DNA of 64,000 nucleotides, taken from NCBI RefSeq assembly GCF_006345805.1, contig NC_043020.1:6572001-6636000 (forward strand), written 5' to 3'. Below the pieces are notes generated by a model. The model saw only the letters and a list, made by a program, of their open reading frames with translations, did no database searches and was not told where the DNA came from. A program made the translations under genes and the position numbers. Of the stretch, positions 51,701 to 60,400 are shown in pieces (positions within the stretch are counted from its first letter, which is position 1; each line of letters opens with the position of its first letter). This DNA is from Octopus sinensis. Lineage: Eukaryota.

Positions 51701-54613
51701 GTTGGTCCTTTATTTTAACCAATCCGAAAAAGACAAAAGGGGGCACAGTCAAGTTGGGCTGGATTTGAACCCAAGCAGCACAGATCTGGAACGAAAATAC
51801 TGCAACATATTTTGTCTTCGGCGCTAATGACTGCTAATTCACCACATGTCTAACAGTGAACGCAACACTCACCACAGACTGATGGTAGTGAACACAATGG
51901 TGAACAACCAAACAAGGACTGAGGGAGGGGAGTAGTAAACAGAAAGAAAAAAAGAAATTAAAAAACGAAAAGTAAAACAAACCAACAACAATACTCACCC
52001 ATTTGATATGATAAACCTCGAGTTTTATATTATTTATATTTGACCATGTCTCCAGTTCTGGCTGAATCTAAAAGATAAGAAAAGAGAGGGTAATCAGAAT
52101 AGCTGAGATCAGAGATGTGGGTGAATGATACAGGGGTTATAATAATAAAAATAATTGCAGCGTGGAAGGTGTTTGTAAGCCATTTAAGAAACATACAAAA
52201 GCCATTCGATTCACTTCAACATTTAAGTTTAATTTGTCAAAATATTTTCGTCGCTTTAAGACCGCGACCTGTTCACTGACGTCAGTGAACAGGTCGCGGA
52301 TTTTAGCGACGAAAATATTTTGACAAATTAAACCTAAATGTTGAAGTGAATCGAACGGCTTTTGTGTGTTTCTTTAAGTTTAATTTGTCAAAATATTTTC
52401 GTCGCTAAAATCCGCGACCTATTCACTGACGTCAGTGAACAGGTTGTGGTCTTAAAGCGATGAAAATATTTTGACAAATTAAGCTTAAATGTTGAAGTGA
52501 ATCGAACGGCTTTTGTGTGTTTCTTATATGGCTTACAAACACCTTCCACGCTGCAATTGTTTTCGTTCCAGCACACGATCTCAGATCAAATCACTTGCTA
52601 TGCAAGTACATCTCCGTAATAATAAAAATATGTTATAATAACGTTGGTGAGATTAAGAGAGAGGTGGCTGCCTTCCGAGATATACATAGGCAGAAAATAT
52701 ATAAAAGGCAGCGAGCTGGCAGAAACGTTAGCGCGCTGGGCGAAATGCTTATCGGTATTTCATCTCGTCTACGTTTTGAGTTCAAATTCCGCCGAGGTCG
52801 ACTTTGCCTTTCATCCTTTCGGGGTCGATAAATTAAGTACCAGTTACGCACTGGGGTCGATGTAATCGACTTAATCCCTTTGTCTGTCCTTGTTTGTCCT
52901 CTCTATGTTTAGCCACTTGTGGGCAATACAGAAATAAGAAAATATATACAGTGCTATCATAGATAGGAGAGCTGGCAGAAATGTTAGCACACTGGGCGAA
53001 ATGCTTAGCAGTATTTCGTCTGCTGTTACGTTCTGAGTTCAAATTCTGCCGAGGTCAACTTTGACTTTCATCCTTTTGGGGTTGATAAATTAAGTAGCAG
53101 TTATGCACTGGAGGCGATGTAATCAACTTAATCCGTTTGTCTGTCCTTGTTTGTCCTCTCTGTGTTTAGCCCCTTGTGGGTAGTAAAGAAATAGGTATTT
53201 CGTCTGGCATTACGTTTTGAGTTCAAATTCTGCCGAGGTCGACTTTGCCTTTCATCCTTTTGGGGTCGATAAATTAAATACCAGTTATGCACTGGGGTTG
53301 ATGTAATCGACTTATTTGTCCCCTCTGTATTTAGCCCCTTGTGGGCAATAAAGAAATAAGAAAATATATACAGTTAAGAATACCTGAGATCAGAGAGGTG
53401 GGTGAATGATACAGGGGTTATAATAATAAAAATTAAGTTATAGCAATGTTGGTGAGATTCAGAGAGAGGTAGCTGCCTTCCGAGATATACATAGGCAGAA
53501 AATATATACAGTGCCATCATAGATAGGTGTAAATGTAAAAGAATATATGAAGTATCTTACAGAGGTTTGCAGGGTACTTTTGTAGAGACAGTTCTAAATG
53601 TTCTAGATTCTTGTAATTTTGGTATACCATTACTAGACATCTAAATACGCTGACCTGCTAACTTTTGTTATTCCGGATTGAAGGTTGTAACTATTTTGAA
53701 CACGCTCTATTAAGCACGGCTTGTCACAGCTGACTAGTTTGCAGAATGCAGCCAGGATATGAAAGCAGTTTGGAAGTTCACTGTGCAATAGAGTCTTTGT
53801 GTTAAACTGAGCAAAAATGTTACAGGAAATGATGAAAGGCTCCAGACTGGTCGTAGATTAACTTTTTCATTGGCACAAGGGATTCAAGGACGGTAGAGGG
53901 GTCGTAAGAGACGATGAAAAGTGTGGCAAGAAGAGTGATGTCAGAATATCAAAAACGGTTGATCGAAATCGATCAAAAAAAATCAAAGGAAATTGTAGTT
54001 GTGATACCAGTGCCGGTGGCACGTAAAAAGATCCATCTGAACATGGCTGTTGCCAGCGCCACCTCAACTGGCCTCCGTGCCGGTGGAACCTAAAACGTAC
54101 CAACCGATCGTGGTCATTGCCAGCGTCGCCTGGCACCTGTGCTGGTGGCACGTAAAAAGCACAATTTGAACGTGGCCGATGCCAGTGTTGCCTTGACTGG
54201 CTTCCGTGCAGGTGGCACGTAAAAAAGCACCCACTACACTCACGGAGTGGTTGGCGTTAGGAAGGGCATCCAGCTGTAGAAACACTGCCATATCAGACTG
54301 GAGCTTGGTGCAGCCTCCCGGCTTCCCAGATCCCGGTCAAGCCATCCAACCCATGCTAGCATGGAAAGCAGACGTTAAACGACGATGATGATGATGAGGT
54401 AATTTGCCATATTCTTTATGAAGACTGTTTTGTGCCTATGAAGACAATAAGCAGACAGTTTGGAGTTAGGGAGGCAACGGTACACAGAATTGTTCCTGAA
54501 GATCTGGACAAGCGCAAGATTTCTGCAATGTTTGTACATGTATATATATGCATATATATATATATACACACACACACATATATATATACACACACACATA
54601 TATACACACACAC

Positions 54614-54694
<81 letters not shown>

Positions 54695-55268
54695 CACACA
54701 CACACACATATATATATATTGGTAAAAATGGTAAGATAACAAAAGAAAGAAAGAGACCTCAATATTATGTAAATAGAGGAATTTATCTGTAAAGTAATAT
54801 GTTACCAATATTCAATAGTCAAGATAAAACTCCGAGTTTCAGATGCCAAAGTGGAAATCCACAACACCATGAGTTTTATCTTGACTATTGAATAATGGTA
54901 ACATATTAATTTACAGATATATATATATATATATATATATACAAGATAAGAAAATTGAGAAATACATCTAAATCAAATATCAATTACCAGATAATACTCA
55001 ATCACATACTTTGGTGGTTTAATAAAGTATGTGATTGAGTATTATCTGGTAATTGATATTTGATTTAGATGTATTTCTCCATTTTCTTATCTTCTATTAG
55101 TAATTTGTGGTAAATCATTTTACCTTTGCCCATATAATACAGTAAATGAATTGATTACATCGCAATCATTAACATTTATGTATTAACTTTGTTGGGTACT
55201 TCACTAGCAGTATATTGGATATATGTTATCCCATAGAGGGTTGCATTTACAACCCCTATCTCAATTTG

Positions 55269-55304
<36 letters not shown>

Positions 55305-57357
55305 ATATAACGTTTATATACTTGTTTTGCAAGATTTTTGATGTGAAATCGTATGTTGAAACAGATGTTGTATTTCGGAATGGTCATTTTGCCAGTTAAG
55401 CCAATAAAAACACACGCACTATATATTTGGTGTTACTTTGCTTCAGTGTTATTTATTTTTTACATTAATCTTAATCTTATTTCGGCCAGAGTTCTTTCGT
55501 CACACTCCTGTGACCTCATCAGTGGTCCTTTGCTTTCTTCTTTCTTATTTGTGTGTCTCTCCTTACTAACCGTCAGGTATTTTGTATTTCTATTGTATGT
55601 GTCTTCATTTGCGCATGCTTATATCTCTATGTGCGTCTATGTTTAGTTAGTGTGTGTGTGGGGGGAAGTGCCTGTAATATTTGTATCTCCTGTTTATATA
55701 CGTTTGTGTAATTTGCTTTTGTTTATTATATATGTATGTCTCCATAGTTTTGTGTTAACAGGAAGTGTGTGTGTGTGTGTATATATGGTATTGTTATAAA
55801 TATATGTAAACACAGTGTCTTTACATAATATAGATAAACATGATATATATAAGGTCAACATAGCTTTGTTTAAATAGGCGGAAGATATTCAGTGTCTTCG
55901 TAAATGTGTAAACACAAAGTGTGTGTGTGTGTGCGTGTAGGATCAAATCTCATTTGTGAACCCATGGAAAATGAACCCCCACAAACTATAGTGCCTGTAT
56001 GTCTGTGCACACCTTTCAGTACCGTGTATGCCAGAAGGTCTGCAAGTCTAACGGAGGCCTTAAAAAGCATTTTAAATCTACAAAGATCAGAACTTAACTG
56101 CAGCTCTTAGTGGTTCAAATTGGTTAAGCAGTCTATGTGGGTGTCTTTTCAGAACACTGTCTGGTTTAAAAAGCCACATCAGACACCATGATGGTTCTAA
56201 GGTGTAGATACAGGAGGTGGTCAAACTCTGCATAAGGAGTAGACAAACACCACCATATATATATATATATATATATCATCATCATCATCATCATTGTTTA
56301 ACATCCGCTTTCCATGCTAGCATGGGTTGGACGATTTTGACTGAGGGCTGGCGAGCCAGATGGCTGCACCAGGCTGCAATCTTGATCTGGCAGAGTTTCT
56401 ACAGCTGGATGCCCTTCCTAACGCCATATATATATATACATACATACATACAGGGTGTGATGGGTAATTTGTTGCCATATTATATTTTTAATTTTGTGCA
56501 TGCACCGTGTTTGTTTTTGATTTTGTTGACTACACAGTATTGTAGGGTCAGTTGGGCACTGTCTGTTAGAAAAACAGTACCATAATGAAATTCACCCTGC
56601 CAGAAATTTGGAAAAAACCTGCTGTACTGCTTGGCATTTGCACCAGAAGTGCCAATATGAACAGATGGTGAACACACAGAATAACCATTGGCTGGCTGTG
56701 TCCCCAAAACATGTATAAAGAGTGATAAAAATCAAACACCCAGTCATCATGATGGTGTTTGGAGTGATCAGTAGTGATGCTGATGTTATGCCTCCATTCA
56801 TCTTCCCACACAGCCTCAGACTCAATACAGAGGTTTACATCAAGTGCTGGAGGAAGTAGTGCTGCTTTAGGTGAAGAGGTTAGCCGCTTGAAGACCCTAT
56901 GTCTGGCAAAGGACTCTGCACCATGCCACACATGCAGGAGAACCTAACCATGGCTGTCTGACAATTCCTGCAACCACATCACCCCTAACATCTCGCCACC
57001 TAACTCCCCAGACTGCAAGCCCCTTGATTATTATGCGTGGGGTGCAGTTGAGCGAGAGACCAACAAAACTCCTTTTAACACCAAACATGAACTGAAGGCA
57101 GGGATTATGGCAGCATTCACCAACTTAAACAAGGACACCATCCAGACAGGTTGCAGGAGATTCTGAAGTCGTCTGGAGGCCATGGTTGAAACCAATGGTG
57201 ATTTTATTGAATAAATTTACTCTTTAGTATTCCAAGATATCTTTATGTAATTTTGGTAAATATATTGGTTAAAATGAGATGTCAGTGTTAATTTCATTTT
57301 TGCATAATTTAAACAACAATAGATTCACCATACCCAGTGTATGTGCGTGTGTGTATG

Positions 57358-57415
<58 letters not shown>

Positions 57416-60400
57416 CACACACACACATATATATATATATAGTACCATTTTTGTCTTCACGGATACATTTGGACAGAGATTATATCTAATGTCTCTTTTT
57501 CTCATGCTTCAATGGCTTGGAATGTGTTGTCTTTAGTTGGATCAGTTCATTTTAAAAGCAGACACAAAGATTCTTATCAATAATTAGAAATTCTATGCAG
57601 GAGGAGTGGAAAATGGCTTTTTCGTTTTTTTTTTATTTTCCCCCTCTTGTTTAGCCAGACAGAGGATATGTTTTGTATGATCAGGAAGAATATATTTTAT
57701 TATCGTAACACACAAGTGCAGGTGTGGCTGTGTGCTAAATAGCTTGCTTAACAACTGCACAGTTCTGTGCTCAATCCCACTGCATGGCACCTTGGCCAAG
57801 TGTCTTCTTTTATAGCCTTGGGCTGACCAAGGTCTTGTGAATGGATTTGGTAGATGGAAACTGAAAGAAGCCCATCGTATATATATATCCTCATTATCAT
57901 CATTGTTAAACGTCCGTTCTCCATGCTAGCATGGGTTGGACGGTTCGACCGGGGATCTGGAAAGCCAGAAGGCTGCACCAGGCTCCAATCTTGATCTGGT
58001 AGAGTTTCTACAGCTGGATGCCCTTCCTAACGCCAACCACTCCGAGAGTGTAGCAAGGCTGGCAACGGCCACGATCGGATTGGTGCTTTTTACGTGCCAC
58101 CGGCATGGAAGCCAGTCAAGGCGGCACTGGCATTGGCCACATTCGGATGATGCTTTTTACGTGCCACCGGCATGGAAGCCAGTCAAGGCGGCACTGGCAT
58201 TGGCCACATTCGGATGATGCTTTTTACGTGCCACCGGCATGGAAGCCAGTCAAGGCGGCACTGGCATTGGCCACATTCGGATGATGCTTTTTACGTGCCA
58301 CCAGCATGGAAGCCAGTCAAGGCGGCACTGGCATTGGCCACATTCGGATGATGCTTTTTACGTGCCACCGGCATGGAAGCCAGTCAAGGCGGCACTGGCA
58401 TTGGCCACATTCGGATGATGCTTTTTACGTGCCACCGGCATGGAAGCCAGTCAAGGCGGCACTGGCATTGGCCACATTCGGATGATGCTTTTTACGTGCC
58501 ACCGGCATGGAAGCCAGTCAAGGCGGCACTGGCATTGGCCACATTCGGATGATGCTTTTTACGTGCCACCGGCACAGGTTTCACAACTGCAGTTTCTATT
58601 GATCATATATATATATATATTTGCGTGTGTGTATATATCTGTGTGCGTATTTTTGTGATTACGTTTGTTCCTCCCCACCACTTGACAACCTATGTTGGTG
58701 TGTTTATGTCCCTGTAACCTAGCAGTGCAGCAAAAGAGACTGATTCAATAAATATCAGGCTCAAAAAGAAAATAAGTTCTGGAGTTGATACATTCGACTA
58801 AGAATTCTTGAAGGCGTTGTCCCAGCATGGCCGTAGTCTAATGACCGAAACAAGTAAAAGATAAAAGATACATACACATATGATATACGTGTAAACTGGG
58901 GCCACATAAAAATCACCACATGCACTCTGTAAAGTGGTTGGTGTTAGGAAGGGCATTCAGCCACAGAAACCAAACCAAATTGGAACCTGGTGCAGCTTCC
59001 CAGCTGCCAGCTCTGGTCAAACCATCCAACCCATGCCAGCATGGAAAAGCAGACACTAATGGGTGATGAAACACACAGAAGGAAGACGTATATACAGGAT
59101 CTCCAGTCTTGTGTGAGTAGGCAGAATATGAATGTGTGATTTTATATATGTGGATATATGTATTTGTGCATGCGAGAAGAAAAAACAATTTCACTGTTCT
59201 CTTAAGCCTTTCAGTACCAACTAAAGTTCACCCTTGGTTCTGTGAAATAACCTTGTTTTAACCCTTTCGTTACCATATTTCTGTTGAGATGCTCTGTGTT
59301 TCTTCCAATTACTTTAAATATAACAAAGAATTTAGTAAAATAACTTGGTTAACATTCAGCTAGTGTTAGGAACATAAATTGTGATTAAGGTTTGGTGGAA
59401 GATTTTAATTCAAAACTTATGAAAACAAGACATTTGTACTCAGAGACAGAGCCGGTTTCAGCCAGTTTGGTAACGAAAGGGTTAAGATCTAAATTAAAAT
59501 CTTTCACCAGAATTTCATGGTAATTTATGTTCTAAACCCCAGATTAATAATCCCTTCTGCTATAGGCACAAGGCCTGAAATGCTTGGGAGAAGGGGTAAG
59601 TTGATTACATCAACCCCAGTATGCAACTGGTACTTAATTTATCCACCCCGAAAGGATGAAAGGCAAAGTCTACCCCGGCGGAACTTGAACTCAGAACATA
59701 ATGGCAGATGAAATACCTATTTCTTTACTACCCATAAGAAGCTAAACACAGAGGACAAACAAGGACAGACAAATGGATTAAGTGGATTATATCGACCCCA
59801 GTGCATAACTGGTACTTATTTAATCGACCCCGAAAGGATGAAAGGCGAAGTCGACCTCAGCAGAACTTGAACTCAGAACACAGCGGCAGACGAAATACTG
59901 CTAAGCATTTCGTCCGACATGCTAATGGTTCTGCCAGCTCGCTGCCTTTTAATGACAAAGCTATTTGACTAAATTCTTTGTTTTCAAAATTAACTGAAGC
60001 CAAGTTTATTTCAACAGGGATATGGTAACATAAGGGTTAAAGTGATCTAAGTTAAAACCTTCCATCAAAATATGCTAATTTATGTTCCAAACACCAGCTT
60101 TATAATGAGAAAGTTAATTTACTAAATATATTGTTTCAAAATTTATAGAAAGAAAAGCAGTCCATTTCAACAGAAATATGGTAACAAAAGGGTTAATCAT
60201 CATCATCATCATCATCATCGTTTAGCGTCCGTTTTCCATGCTAGCATGGGTTGGACGGTTCAACTGGGGTCTGGGAAGCCAGAAGGCTGCACCAGGCTCC
60301 AGTCTGATCTGGCAGTGTTTCTACGGCTGGATGCCCTTCCTAACGCCAACCACTCCATGAGTGTAGTGGGTGCTTTTTACGTGCCAGACGAGTCTGGCAA

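Noticed and set aside
47001-58575. CRISPR-like appearance of the 60-, 67- and 49-bp arrays
   Set aside because: Head-to-tail repeats without unique spacers, no cas genes, eukaryotic context.
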